Part shown: positions 14,523 through 24,231 of the stretch, piece by piece
How the letters are laid out: each line of letters starts with the position of its first letter
How positions within the stretch are numbered: the first letter of the stretch is position 1
Made by a program: the position numbers and the translations under genes
IMG/VR virus record: IMGVR_UViG_3300045988_105971
Location: 1 to 31,189 of that record
DNA length: 31,189 nucleotides
Strand: one strand, 5' to 3'
Source: a virus
The notes under the pieces: generated by a model
The model's database searches: none
Told to the model about the DNA's origin: nothing
What the model saw: the letters and a program-made list of their open reading frames with translations, nothing else

Positions 14523-16184
14523 ATGTCTAAGGAGAAATGCACAAAGGAGCTTGTCGCCAAGGCCACGGAGCTGGTCTCCAGCGGGTTGCGCAACAAGGAC
14601 GTGATCGAGTACCTGGGGATCTCCGACTCGGCTTTCTACGGCTGGCTGAAGAACCCGCGCACGGAGAACCAGGTTGCCCTGGTGGAGAGCCTACAAAAGG
14701 CGAGGATCGACAGGAAGCAGCGCTACCTGAACACGATCAGCAACGCAGCGGAGGGCGGCGACTGGAAGGCCGCCGCCTGGTACATGGAGCGCAACTTCCC
14801 GCTCGACTACAGCCTGAGCAACGCGAGGTTCAAGAAGGTGCTCGAGGAGCACGAGCGGGAGCACCCGCGCCCGACGATCGACACCGCCTCGCTCGTGCCG
14901 CCAGCCTACTGGGACGTGTGGCGCGACATCATGGCCGCAGGCCACGGGACCTACGAGGGCACTGGCGGCCGCGGCTCGCTGAAGTCCACGATCCTGGGCG
15001 GCATCGCCCCCGTGATGCTCATGCTTCGCGACCCGAAGCTGTGCGGCGTGGCGTTCCGACAGGTGCAGGGAACCATCCGCGACTCCATCTTCGCGACGAT
15101 CATCAGCGCCATCAAGCGCCTGGGCGTCGAGGCGGAGTTCGAGTACACGTACCAGCCGATGGAGATACGCCGCAGGGAGACGGGGCAGGTGATCCTGTTC
15201 CGCGGCCTTGACGACCCCGAGAAGGCGAAGTCGCTGCAGCTCAAGGACCCAGACCAGTACATCGGGTTCGCGATCTGGGAGGAGTTCAACCAGTTCAAGG
15301 GCATGAGGCAGGTGCGCAAGGCGGAGCAGTCCGTCAAGCGCGGCGGCGCGCCCCACTTCTGGACGTTCCGAATGTGGAACACGCACCCGGACGAGGAGCA
15401 CTGGAGCAACGAGCACTGGCGCGAGTCCATCGAGGACCCCGACACCTACGCGATCCGAGTCAACTACAACGAGGTCCCCGCCGAGTGGCTGGGCGAGGCG
15501 TTCATCGCCGACGCGCTGAAGCTCAAGGCAGCCAATCCCGAGGCGTACAAGAACGAGTACCTCGGCGAGTGCAGCAAGCTCACGGGCAGGGTGTTCGCGA
15601 ACGTCGAGGACTTCCAGTGCGACCAGCAGGCGGTCAACGGGTTCAAGTGGGTCAAGAACGGCGTCGACTGGGGGTACATGCAGGACCCCTTCGTCTTCCT
15701 GCGCGTCGCGTACGACAGGAAGATGGGCGACCTGTACGTCTTCGACGAGCTGTTCAACACCGAGACGCTCGACCAGCCGAACATCGACGAGGTGAAGCGC
15801 CGGCTCGCGGAGCGCGACTCTGACGGAAGGCCCAGGCTGACGGCGGAGGGCAGGCTCCAGTTCAAGAAGTCCAAGCCGAGCAACGAGGTCAGGGCAGACG
15901 CTGCAGCGCCGAAGGACATCGCCACGTGGAAAGAGGGCGGCGTCTGGATCATGGGCGCGTCGAAGCGCGTCCCCGTCGATGACGGGATCAGGTGGCTGCA
16001 GAAGCGCGCCCACATCTACATCGACCGCAGGCGCTGCCCCCTCGCATGGGCGGAGTTCACCCGCTACCGCGCCCTCGAGGACGAGGAAGGGCGCTTCAAG
16101 GGATTCCCCGACAAGGACAACCACACCATCGACGCGGTTAGATACGCCGTGTTCGACCTCATAGCAGACAGAACCATCGTCTAA
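14523..16184 (+). CDS. terL: Terminase large subunit (PBSX-like) with fused N-terminal small-subunit-like HTH domain
   Basis: 553 aa. The N-terminal ~110 aa carry a TerS-like motif (GDWKAAAWYMERNFP). An ATPase P-loop YEGTGGRGSLKST follows, then a C-terminal nuclease region with acidic residues. Confidence 0.85.
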   Translation: MSKEKCTKELVAKATELVSSGLRNKDVIEYLGISDSAFYGWLKNPRTENQVALVESLQKARIDRKQRYLNTISNAAEGGDWKAAAWYMERNFPLDYSLSNARFKKVLEEHEREHPRPTIDTASLVPPAYWDVWRDIMAAGHGTYEGTGGRGSLKSTILGGIAPVMLMLRDPKLCGVAFRQVQGTIRDSIFATIISAIKRLGVEAEFEYTYQPMEIRRRETGQVILFRGLDDPEKAKSLQLKDPDQYIGFAIWEEFNQFKGMRQVRKAEQSVKRGGAPHFWTFRMWNTHPDEEHWSNEHWRESIEDPDTYAIRVNYNEVPAEWLGEAFIADALKLKAANPEAYKNEYLGECSKLTGRVFANVEDFQCDQQAVNGFKWVKNGVDWGYMQDPFVFLRVAYDRKMGDLYVFDELFNTETLDQPNIDEVKRRLAERDSDGRPRLTAEGRLQFKKSKPSNEVRADAAAPKDIATWKEGGVWIMGASKRVPVDDGIRWLQKRAHIYIDRRRCPLAWAEFTRYRALEDEEGRFKGFPDKDNHTIDAVRYAVFDLIADRTIV

Positions 16185-16195
16185 GGAGAGAGAGA

Positions 16196-17632
16196 ATGGC
16201 GAACGACCTTTTCACCGCCAACGCCGTAAAGTGGCTGGAGTCCATCGGCTACCCCGTGGCTAGCCTGACCACCCCGATGGATGCGCACGTGTCCCGCTGG
16301 TGGGCGTACCTCTTGGCCGAGGCCGACTTCTACACACGCGAGGAGGTGGACGAGAATGGGCGGAAGAACAAGGTGAAGGTGCGCAGCTGCACGCCCGCCG
16401 ACATGGTGTGCGAGGACATGGCGAACCTGCTGTACAACGAGAAGGCCAGCATCAGCCTGGTTGACCCCGACTCCGAGGAAGCCGCCACGGCATGGCTGGA
16501 GGGCTGGCTCAACCGCACCGCCTGGAACGACAAGGCCCCGCTCGCCATGAAGCGCATGTGCGCAACCGGCACGGCTGGCTGGGCACTGCATGTGAAACGC
16601 GCGGCGGAGGTCGGTCAGTCGGAGGCGCTGCAAGTGGACCCCATCCGCTACGACGCGCGCAGCATCGTGCCGCTTGAGTGGGGTGAGGGCGGCTGCATCG
16701 CCTGCGCGTTCGTCTCCTCGCTGTACATCAGGGGCGAGCGCTGCAGCCAGGTTGAGGTGCACCGTCCCGACCCTATGACGGGGAACTATCAGATCATGTG
16801 CGGATTCTTCGACGAGGAAGGCGAGCAGTTCCAGCCCGAGGGGTACCTTCAGGCAGACAGGGCGCTCGACACCAAGCAGCCGCTTCCGACGTTCCAGCTG
16901 ATCCGCCTGGCGAACGACAACCCGTTCTGGGACTACAGCCCGATGGGCGTGTCCCTCTTCGCCAACGCGATCGACGCTATAGAGACGGTCGACCTCGCGT
17001 TCGACGCCATTGGCAACGAGCTGTTCCTTGCGAAGAAGATGCTGCTGCTGCCCGAGTCGATGCTCAGCCGCAACGCTGTGGGGGCGCTCCAGGTCCCGCA
17101 CATGAGCGGGCACCAGTTCTTCATCGCCACGGAGAGCAACACCTACGACGGGAAGCCGTCGATCTTCGAGTACAACCCAGAGATCAGGTCCGCCGCCCTG
17201 CGCGAGATGCTGTCAACATCGCTGCAGGTCCTCGGCAAGCGCATCGGCTTCGGGACCAAGGCGTACGCTCTCGACAGCACCGGCAACATAACGACCGCGA
17301 AGGAGGTCGCGTCCGACAACGCCGAGATCATGCGGTCGGTGCGCCGCCACGAGCACATCATCGAGCCTGCGGTCCGCAAGCTGATCGAGGCTGCTGCCAA
17401 CGTCTACCGCACGCTCGGCACCGCCGCCCTCCCCGACCTGACGGGGCAGGTGCAGGTCGTGATGGGCGACTCGATCATCGAGGACGACGACACGCTTCGC
17501 GAGCGCGACCGCGCGGACGTTGCCGCAGGGCTTCTGGAGCCGTGGCGCTACATTGTGCGCTGGCAGGGGTACACCGAGGAGGACGCGATGGCCGCCACGC
17601 AGGCTGGCGCAGACGCGCCGCTGGAGCTGTAG
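16196..17632 (+). CDS. Portal protein (SPP1 gp6-like)
   Basis: 478 aa immediately after terL, of portal-typical length. The acidic C-terminus is typical of portal proteins. Confidence 0.75.
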   Translation: MANDLFTANAVKWLESIGYPVASLTTPMDAHVSRWWAYLLAEADFYTREEVDENGRKNKVKVRSCTPADMVCEDMANLLYNEKASISLVDPDSEEAATAWLEGWLNRTAWNDKAPLAMKRMCATGTAGWALHVKRAAEVGQSEALQVDPIRYDARSIVPLEWGEGGCIACAFVSSLYIRGERCSQVEVHRPDPMTGNYQIMCGFFDEEGEQFQPEGYLQADRALDTKQPLPTFQLIRLANDNPFWDYSPMGVSLFANAIDAIETVDLAFDAIGNELFLAKKMLLLPESMLSRNAVGALQVPHMSGHQFFIATESNTYDGKPSIFEYNPEIRSAALREMLSTSLQVLGKRIGFGTKAYALDSTGNITTAKEVASDNAEIMRSVRRHEHIIEPAVRKLIEAAANVYRTLGTAALPDLTGQVQVVMGDSIIEDDDTLRERDRADVAAGLLEPWRYIVRWQGYTEEDAMAATQAGADAPLEL

Positions 17633-17635
17633 CCG

Positions 17636-19225
17636 ATGGCCCTGTCCGAATCCGACATCGACGCGCTGTGCGACCGCATCCTGCACGGCAGCCAGGAGCG
17701 CTATCTCGCCGAGATGGCGGACGCGATAATCGCCCACCTGTCCCAGGGCATGGCGGGCGAGTGGGACAGGGCGGCGCTGGTGCAGCTTGCCAGCGAGTGG
17801 CCGTCGAAGGCCAAGCAGATAATGGCGGAGTACGGCCCGCTCGTGGGCAAGGAGGTGGCGGCAGAGGTAGGCGATGCGCTGGCTTCTTCCGCCATGGTCG
17901 ACCTGTTGGCGCTTGGCGCAGCCTACGGCGCTTCTGCCGTTTCCGAACAGCTCAGCTCTCATTTCCGCAGGCTGGCAGACCAGGCTGCGCAGCGCGTGGC
18001 GAGCATCGTGCAGCGCAACAACCTCGCTATGGAGGCCAACGCCGAGAGGGCGTGGTACGAGGTAGTTGAGGATGCCGTCAATGCCAAGGTGCTGGGGACC
18101 AAGACCCACGACCAGATAGTGGCCGACGCCGTGCAGAGGCTCGGGGACTCGTTCCGCGTAACCTACCAGAGCGGGCGCAAGGTTCCCGTGGACACCGCCA
18201 TACGCACGCACATAGCCACGCAGGCCAGCCAGGCGGGCGGCGAGCTTACCATCGAGGCGATGCGCTCGTACGGCTGCGAGCTCGGCATAACCGACGCGCA
18301 CTGGGGGGCGCGCCCGAGCCATGCGGAGTGGCAGGGGCTCCCGTTCGGCATCGACGGCCCGTGCGAGGTCGACGGCGTTGAGTACCCGGGCATAAAGGAA
18401 CTGACGGGCTACGGATCGCCAGGCGGGCTCAAGGGAGTGAACTGCCGCCACATTATCAGTCCGTACTTCCCAGGCATCACCGAGCTTCCCGACCGCGAGT
18501 TCAAGGCGGAGCGCGAGAAGTGGGGCGTGGAGCCCGATGAGTTCTACAGGCTGCAGCAGAAGCAGCGCGCATGGGAGCGGCGCATCCGCTCGACCAAGCG
18601 CCAGATCGCCGACATGGAGCGCGCTGGGCTGGGGCTTGAGTCGCCGAGCTACGTGCAGAAGCGCCTGCTCCTGGGACGGCAGCAGAAGGCTGTGCGCGAG
18701 CTGTGCAGGCGCCACAAGCTGACGCGCAGGCTGGAGCGCGAGAAGGCGTACGGCGTGAAGACTCAGCCGAGGGCGCTGACGGCGAAGCGAAGGAAGGTCA
18801 GCGGCGCGCTCGACGGGCGCAACGACCCGACGGGTGCGAAGAGGGAAGCGCACGCCATCTCCTACTACGAGCAGGTGAGGAAGCGCGACAAGAGTATGGA
18901 GATAGCTGCCGTGGCGAAGCACTCGGGCGTGAGCGCCGAGGGCGTGGCGAGGGCATACGACCATCTGTTTGTGAACGAGTATGACCTTGAAGGAGGGCGC
19001 AGGCGCTTCGACCCCGACTACTACATCGCCCAATCATGGCAGCGGTTAAGGGAGGGCAAGGGCGTGCAGCCCCACGACCTGACGCTGCTGCGGCACGAGT
19101 CCTACGAGTACGTGATGATGCGGGCGGGAATCGACTACAGGGAAGCGCATAGGATGGCTGAGAAGCGGTACAATTACAGCAAAGAGCTTTGCGAGTGGAT
19201 GGAAAGGAGCGGATACCATGCTTGA
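17636..19225 (+). CDS. Minor capsid / head morphogenesis protein (SPP1 gp7 / Mu F-like)
   Basis: 529 aa following the portal. Basic, coiled-coil C-terminal half. Confidence 0.65.
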   Translation: MALSESDIDALCDRILHGSQERYLAEMADAIIAHLSQGMAGEWDRAALVQLASEWPSKAKQIMAEYGPLVGKEVAAEVGDALASSAMVDLLALGAAYGASAVSEQLSSHFRRLADQAAQRVASIVQRNNLAMEANAERAWYEVVEDAVNAKVLGTKTHDQIVADAVQRLGDSFRVTYQSGRKVPVDTAIRTHIATQASQAGGELTIEAMRSYGCELGITDAHWGARPSHAEWQGLPFGIDGPCEVDGVEYPGIKELTGYGSPGGLKGVNCRHIISPYFPGITELPDREFKAEREKWGVEPDEFYRLQQKQRAWERRIRSTKRQIADMERAGLGLESPSYVQKRLLLGRQQKAVRELCRRHKLTRRLEREKAYGVKTQPRALTAKRRKVSGALDGRNDPTGAKREAHAISYYEQVRKRDKSMEIAAVAKHSGVSAEGVARAYDHLFVNEYDLEGGRRRFDPDYYIAQSWQRLREGKGVQPHDLTLLRHESYEYVMMRAGIDYREAHRMAEKRYNYSKELCEWMERSGYHA

Positions 19226-19457
19226 TTACAGGAAATGCGGCGAGGACATCGGCAAGACGATGTTCGAGTACTTCGTCGAAGGGCGCAGCGAGGAACGCGG
19301 AACCGTTATCCTCGACCACGAATCGGGCGAAGCCGTTGTCGATGAGCTTGCGAGCACCGACAAGTTCAGCATCTATGCTATGCACCTGCTGTCGCAATTG
19401 AGGAAGGAAGCCCGCGAGGGCAACGTCTCCGATTCCGGAACGGTTGCCTGGTACTGA
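19218..19457 (+). CDS. Hypothetical protein (79 aa)
   Basis: Overlaps the preceding stop. Followed by an intrinsic terminator. Confidence 0.45.
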   Translation: MLDYRKCGEDIGKTMFEYFVEGRSEERGTVILDHESGEAVVDELASTDKFSIYAMHLLSQLRKEAREGNVSDSGTVAWY

Positions 19458-19490
19458 CCCTCCAACGAAAACCCAACATTGCCATCAATG

Positions 19491-19518
19491 GCCCCGCTTC
19501 GGCGGGGCTTTTCTTTTG
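19491..19518 (+). terminator. Rho-independent terminator
   Basis: gccccgc-ttcg-gcggggc stem-loop followed by ttttctttt. Confidence 0.65.
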
Positions 19519-19664
19519 CCCTGGAACCCTCCAGGTGACCTTCCCGATACCTTCCAACCATCGCAGGCCCCGAGCGCAGAGGGGCGCACGCACGCCGCGA
19601 GCGGAGAGCGGCACCGTCAAGCGCGCAGTGAAGCGCGGAACAAACCCGATGGAAGGGAGCAGGA

Positions 19665-20237
19665 ATGGCAGAACCCAGCGGCATCGACCAAGCGGACCCC
19701 AAGGGAGCCGAGCCAGGCGGCGCGCCGAGCGCCGAGCAGAAGGCGAAGCGGCTCGAGCAGGAGGTCTCGGACCTCAAGAAGCAGCTCGAGGAGGCCAAGG
19801 GGCAGGTGACCACGCTCACCGAGAACCTTGGCAAGGCGCTCACCGAGGACGACGTGAAGACCGCCGTCGAGGCGGCCAAGCAGGAGGCCGAGAAGGCGCA
19901 GCAGGAAGCCGCGAGCGCGGCGGCGCAACGCGAGAAGCGCCTGGTCGTCGAGAACGAGCTGATCAAGGCACGATGCATCGACACGGCCGGCGCGATGGCT
20001 CACATCGACATGGAGGGCGTGCAGGTCGCGCCCGACGGGCATGTGAGCGGCCTCGACGTGTCGAAGCTGGCGAAGGACTGCGGCCACCTGTTCCAGCAGC
20101 CGAACACCGACACCGTGTCAAGCGCGGGCACGCCAGGCGGCAACGGCAAGAAGATGACGCGCGACGAGATCATGTCCATCAAGGACTCCAAGGAGCGCCG
20201 CGCGGCGATTCTGGCGAATCAAGACCAATTCGAATAG
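19665..20237 (+). CDS. Capsid scaffolding protein
   Basis: 190 aa. Highly charged coiled coil (KRLEQEVSDLKKQLEEAKGQV...). Positioned directly upstream of the major capsid gene. Confidence 0.65.
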   Translation: MAEPSGIDQADPKGAEPGGAPSAEQKAKRLEQEVSDLKKQLEEAKGQVTTLTENLGKALTEDDVKTAVEAAKQEAEKAQQEAASAAAQREKRLVVENELIKARCIDTAGAMAHIDMEGVQVAPDGHVSGLDVSKLAKDCGHLFQQPNTDTVSSAGTPGGNGKKMTRDEIMSIKDSKERRAAILANQDQFE

Positions 20238-20246
20238 GAGATTGAA

Positions 20247-21161
20247 ATGGCAGTTGACGAAAAGGTGATGAAGGCGGAGGACTTCGCGAAGGTGTCCTCC
20301 ATCGACTTCGTCTACACGTTCAACAAGAACATGAAACAGCTCACTGAGCTTCTGGGCATCACCCGAAAGATCGAGAAGGTGCCCGGTCAGACGGTGAAGA
20401 CCTACAAGGTGACGGGCACCCTCGAGGACGGCACCGTGGCAGAGGGCGAGGAGATCCCCCTGTCCAAGTACAAGACCGAGGTGGCGGACATCTTCGAGCT
20501 CGCGCTGAAGAAGTACCGCAAGCAGACCACCTACGAGGCGATCAACGACAAGGGCTACGAGCAGGCCGTCGAGGACACGGACAGCAAGATGATGCTCGAC
20601 ATCCAGGCGGTCATCCGAAACGAGTTCTTCAGCTTCCTCAAGACCGGCACGGGAGTCGCCACGCCTACCGGCACCGGCATCCAGGGCGCGCTCGCGGCGG
20701 CCTGGGGCAAGAACCAGGTCTACTGGGAGGACTACGAAGCAGACGGCTTCCTGTACTTCGTCAACCCGCTCGACATCGCCGACTATCTGGGCACCAAGGA
20801 CATCACGGTGGAGACCGCGTTCGGCATGAACTACATCGAGAACTTCCTCGGCCTGTACGACGTGGTTGCCTACAGCCGCATCGAGCAGGGCAAGGTGATC
20901 ACCACCGCCAAGCAGAACCTGATCCTCTACTACACCAACCCCACCAACTCCGAGGTGGCCAAGGCGTTTGAGTTCACGACCGACAGCACGGGCCTCATCG
21001 GCGTCCACCGCAACGTCGACTACAAGACCCTGACCACCGACACCACGGCGGTCACAGGCTCCAAGCTCTTCGCCGAGCTTCTTGACGGCATCGTGAAGGT
21101 GGACATCAAGGCAACCGCAGCGCAGGCGCTCGAGGGCACCGAGCAGGTGGAGACCATCTAA
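20247..21161 (+). CDS. Major capsid protein
   Basis: 304 aa between the scaffold and connector genes. Composition and length fit HK97-fold major capsid proteins of SPP1-like phages. Confidence 0.7.
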   Translation: MAVDEKVMKAEDFAKVSSIDFVYTFNKNMKQLTELLGITRKIEKVPGQTVKTYKVTGTLEDGTVAEGEEIPLSKYKTEVADIFELALKKYRKQTTYEAINDKGYEQAVEDTDSKMMLDIQAVIRNEFFSFLKTGTGVATPTGTGIQGALAAAWGKNQVYWEDYEADGFLYFVNPLDIADYLGTKDITVETAFGMNYIENFLGLYDVVAYSRIEQGKVITTAKQNLILYYTNPTNSEVAKAFEFTTDSTGLIGVHRNVDYKTLTTDTTAVTGSKLFAELLDGIVKVDIKATAAQALEGTEQVETI

Positions 21162-21490
21162 TGGGCGCCACCTTCGATGGGTACGCATCCTGGGGCGGGC
21201 AGCTGGAGAGCAAGGCGTTCTCCGCGCTCCTGCCCAGGGCCGAGTCCCTGGTGCGGCAGCGGCTCGCCGCGATCGACCCCGCGAGCGTCACTCAGGAAGA
21301 GGGGGAGGCGCGGGACCGCGCCGTGTACGCGGCGGTCGAGGCGCTCGGCGACGACCAGTCGGGCCTTGCGAGCTACAGCGCCGGCAAGGTGTCGGTGAAG
21401 TTCGCCGACTCCGCCTACCGCTCCAACACGGTGGGCGCGGCCATCGAGCGCGAGCTGTCGGGCACGCGCCTGGTCGGGACGGCGGTGTAG
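21161..21490 (+). CDS. Putative head-tail connector/adaptor protein
   Basis: 109 aa in conserved synteny after the major capsid gene. Confidence 0.4.
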   Translation: MGATFDGYASWGGQLESKAFSALLPRAESLVRQRLAAIDPASVTQEEGEARDRAVYAAVEALGDDQSGLASYSAGKVSVKFADSAYRSNTVGAAIERELSGTRLVGTAV

Positions 21491-21492
21491 CG

Positions 21493-21807
21493 ATGATCTA
21501 CCCGCACACCGCCACCGTCTGGAGAAGGCGCGAGGAGGGGCGCACGGTCGCCTGGACGCGCACCGAGCTTGGGCGCTGCAGGCTTGAGCCAACCTTCGGG
21601 GCGAAGCCCGGCGACAGGGGCGACGAGTCCGCCAGGAGCGCCGACCTCATCTGCAAGAGCCGCGGGAAGCCGTTCGGCAAGGGCGACATGGTAGCGATGG
21701 GGACGGTCGGCGGCGACGTGCCGCCAAGCGACGCGTTCCGCGTTGAGTCCGTCTCGATGGTCAGCATCGGCGGTGCGCCCCTGCACTGGGAGGCTGAGCT
21801 CAGATGA
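21493..21807 (+). CDS. Putative head closure (head-tail joining) protein
   Basis: 104 aa in the expected position. Confidence 0.4.
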   Translation: MIYPHTATVWRRREEGRTVAWTRTELGRCRLEPTFGAKPGDRGDESARSADLICKSRGKPFGKGDMVAMGTVGGDVPPSDAFRVESVSMVSIGGAPLHWEAELR

Positions 21808-22157
21808 TCCTCACCGTATCGAACGTGGACACCGTCGGCGCCTTCGCCGCGGGAAGGCGCGCGCAGGCTGCCGGCATGGCCGCCTACGTCGAGGCGGCGA
21901 AGCGCGACAGCAACCGATACGTCCCCAGGGTCTCTGGCGCGCTCCGCGGATCGGCGGAGCTTCGCAGCGACCCCTACGGCGGGCAGCTCGCCTACGGCGG
22001 CGGGGACGTGCCGTACGCGCGGGCGCACTACTACGCGCCAGGCGGTTGGCGCTACACCACCCCAGGAACGGGCCCAGGGTGGTTCAACAAGGCGAAGGCG
22101 CGCTACGGGTCCAAGTGGGTCCGTGAGGCGCAGAAGGCAGCGAGGAAGGCAACGTGA
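21804..22157 (+). CDS. Putative HK97 gp10-like tail-to-head joining protein
   Basis: 117 aa in the expected position. Overlapping start and stop codons. Confidence 0.4.
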   Translation: MILTVSNVDTVGAFAAGRRAQAAGMAAYVEAAKRDSNRYVPRVSGALRGSAELRSDPYGGQLAYGGGDVPYARAHYYAPGGWRYTTPGTGPGWFNKAKARYGSKWVREAQKAARKAT

Positions 22158-22591
22158 TGGTCGTAAGCAAGGGATTGGCCGAGCAGGTCCTGGACCTGGT
22201 CGAGGAGACGGCGGAGAAGGTGGGGGCGTCCATGCCCGTGCGCTTCGAGGAGCTGACTGCCGACGTCGGCGAGCTTCCAAGGATCATGCTGCAGCTCTCC
22301 GAGTCGGACAGCCAGCAGCAGCGCTACCTCAGCGGCGAGCGCATCTGCCCGATGCCGTTCGCCCTGACGCTCCGCATCTCAGCCGACGACCAGCAGACGA
22401 GGCTCGACGCCCGCGAGCTGCTCGGCAGGATGGCGGACGCGATCCTCGAGGACTGCATGGTCCTCAACGGCTACGTCGCCTACGCGCTGCCGACCGCGAG
22501 CGTCCCCGTGTGCCTGGGCAAGGCGCCGCTGTTCGAGGACTGGCAGGTGACCTTCGACCTGAAATACAAGCAATCAAAGAGAAAGGGGTAG
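22154..22591 (+). CDS. Putative tail terminator/completion protein
   Basis: 145 aa preceding the major tail protein gene. Confidence 0.4.
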   Translation: MMVVSKGLAEQVLDLVEETAEKVGASMPVRFEELTADVGELPRIMLQLSESDSQQQRYLSGERICPMPFALTLRISADDQQTRLDARELLGRMADAILEDCMVLNGYVAYALPTASVPVCLGKAPLFEDWQVTFDLKYKQSKRKG

Positions 22592-22595
22592 CCAC

Positions 22596-23096
22596 ATGGC
22601 TGGCGATACCAACGCAGAGCTCCCCGTTTGGGGATACGAGGTAGAGAACTTCATCAACCTCGGCACTTCCGAGGCACCGGAGTGGACCGAGTTCGACAAC
22701 CTGTTGAGCTGGGACCAGTCCACCGACACGAACACCTACGAGCCTTCATACGTCAACCGCAAGAACTCGCCGAAGTTCACGCTGTCCAAGGACTTCAACG
22801 TCGAGTACGAGATCGACCTCTACAAGAACAACAAGCTGTCCACCTACCTCGTGGAGCACGAGGACGAGGAGGACATCCCCGTCGAGGTCGTCCGCGTATA
22901 CAACTGGCTCGGCGAGGACGGCAAGCGCACCGCCAAGAAGGCGGCGTTCCTCCTCACGCCCACGCCTGTCGACAACGGGACCGCAGGCGAGCCCGGCAAG
23001 CTTAAGGGCTCGCTGAACATGAAGGACGAGTCCTGGACCAAGGGAACATGGAACGGCAAGACCCCCGCATTCACGCCGGCTACCAAGGACCTCTAG
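22596..23096 (+). CDS. Major tail protein
   Basis: 166 aa immediately upstream of the chaperone pair and tape measure gene. Followed by a hairpin. Confidence 0.6.
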   Translation: MAGDTNAELPVWGYEVENFINLGTSEAPEWTEFDNLLSWDQSTDTNTYEPSYVNRKNSPKFTLSKDFNVEYEIDLYKNNKLSTYLVEHEDEEDIPVEVVRVYNWLGEDGKRTAKKAAFLLTPTPVDNGTAGEPGKLKGSLNMKDESWTKGTWNGKTPAFTPATKDL

Positions 23097-23130
23097 GCTC
23101 GGGCAGGGACAAAGCAGCACAGACCAAGGT

Positions 23131-23175
23131 GAAGCGCCTGGGCGTCGTTAGGCGAGCCTGGGCGCTTCTTGCATT
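23131..23175 (+). terminator. Hairpin / partial terminator after major tail gene
   Basis: gaagcgcc ... ggcgcttc stem (23131-23138 / 23161-23168) followed by a T-rich stretch. Likely attenuator. Confidence 0.3.
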
Positions 23176-23190
23176 GAGAAAGGAACGGAA

Positions 23191-23628
23191 ATGGGATTCA
23201 AGTTCAAGGACCGCACGGTGAAGGTCGAGATCGAGGGAAGGGAGTACGCGATCCAGATCGGGAGCGCCGAGATGGCCGACCGTGTGGCGATGGCTTACAC
23301 GAACCTGGAGGCAATCGGCGGCGACAAGCTAGCCAACGACCAGAACGTGAACGTCAAAGTGTCGAACATGCTGCGCAACCTAATCGGCGCGATCCTCGGC
23401 CAGCAGGCGCAGGACGAGATCTTCGAGCATCGCCAGCACAGCGTAATAGACGAGATCGAGCTGCTCTCGTTTCTCATGACCGAAGTCAACAAGGCCGAGG
23501 ATGCGAGCTTCAGCATCTCCGCCGCCATGCAGGAGGTCGCCGGCATGATGCAGACGCAGGCGGCGGACACTCAGGAGACGCCCATCACATCCATCGCCGA
23601 CAAGCTGGCGAGCAAACTCAAGGAGTAA
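23191..23628 (+). CDS. Tail assembly chaperone
   Basis: 145 aa acidic protein between the major tail and tape measure genes. Confidence 0.5.
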   Translation: MGFKFKDRTVKVEIEGREYAIQIGSAEMADRVAMAYTNLEAIGGDKLANDQNVNVKVSNMLRNLIGAILGQQAQDEIFEHRQHSVIDEIELLSFLMTEVNKAEDASFSISAAMQEVAGMMQTQAADTQETPITSIADKLASKLKE

Positions 23629-23631
23629 CCC

Positions 23632-24231
23632 GTGGGGCTTCTAACGGAGGGCGCGCCGTGCTCGGTCGACGTGTGCGGTGCGGACCTTCCCGTGAACACG
23701 GACTGGCGCGTCTGGATGACCGTCTGGCAGGTGCTCGACGACCCGTCCACAGACCCAGCCGGGAAGGCGCTTGCCGTCCTGGCGCTCGCCTTCCCGCACG
23801 GCGAGGCGCGCGAAGAGGCGATGCGCCACCCGAACGACGCGCTGGAGGCTGCGATGGACTTCCTGAGGCGCAGGGACCCCTCCGTCCCCGACAGGCCTCC
23901 CACGCGCTCGGAGCGCAGGCTGCGCGGCAAGAGGCTGTTCGACTGGGAGTACGACGCCTCGAGGATCGCTGCGGACTTCCAGCGCGAGTACGGCATCGAC
24001 CTGACCGACGAGGCCACGTCCATGCACTGGCACAGGTTCATGGCCCTGTTCAACGGCCTAGGTGACCGTGCGCAGATAGTGCAGGCGATAAGCATAAGGG
24101 CGGCGGACCTCGGGGACGGCAGGCTCGGCAAGGATGAGCGAAGCGCACTCCGCGAGCGGAAGATGGCAGTGATGCTGCCGGCTAGGACAGAGGAGGAGGC
24201 CGCCTGCAACCGCAGGATTAGAGGTGTCTAA
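23632..24231 (+). CDS. Tail assembly protein (Gp15-like / second chaperone)
   Basis: 199 aa. GTG start with aaggag RBS 6 nt upstream. It is in the same frame as the upstream chaperone, directly after its TAA. Confidence 0.5.
   Translation: MGLLTEGAPCSVDVCGADLPVNTDWRVWMTVWQVLDDPSTDPAGKALAVLALAFPHGEAREEAMRHPNDALEAAMDFLRRRDPSVPDRPPTRSERRLRGKRLFDWEYDASRIAADFQREYGIDLTDEATSMHWHRFMALFNGLGDRAQIVQAISIRAADLGDGRLGKDERSALRERKMAVMLPARTEEEAACNRRIRGV

Noticed and set aside
23626-23634. Possible programmed frameshift or stop readthrough joining the two tail chaperone ORFs
   Set aside because: The second ORF is in the same frame, directly after a TAA. It has its own GTG start with an aaggag RBS 6 nt upstream. 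There is no -1 overlap and no slippery heptamer, so the two look like independent genes.
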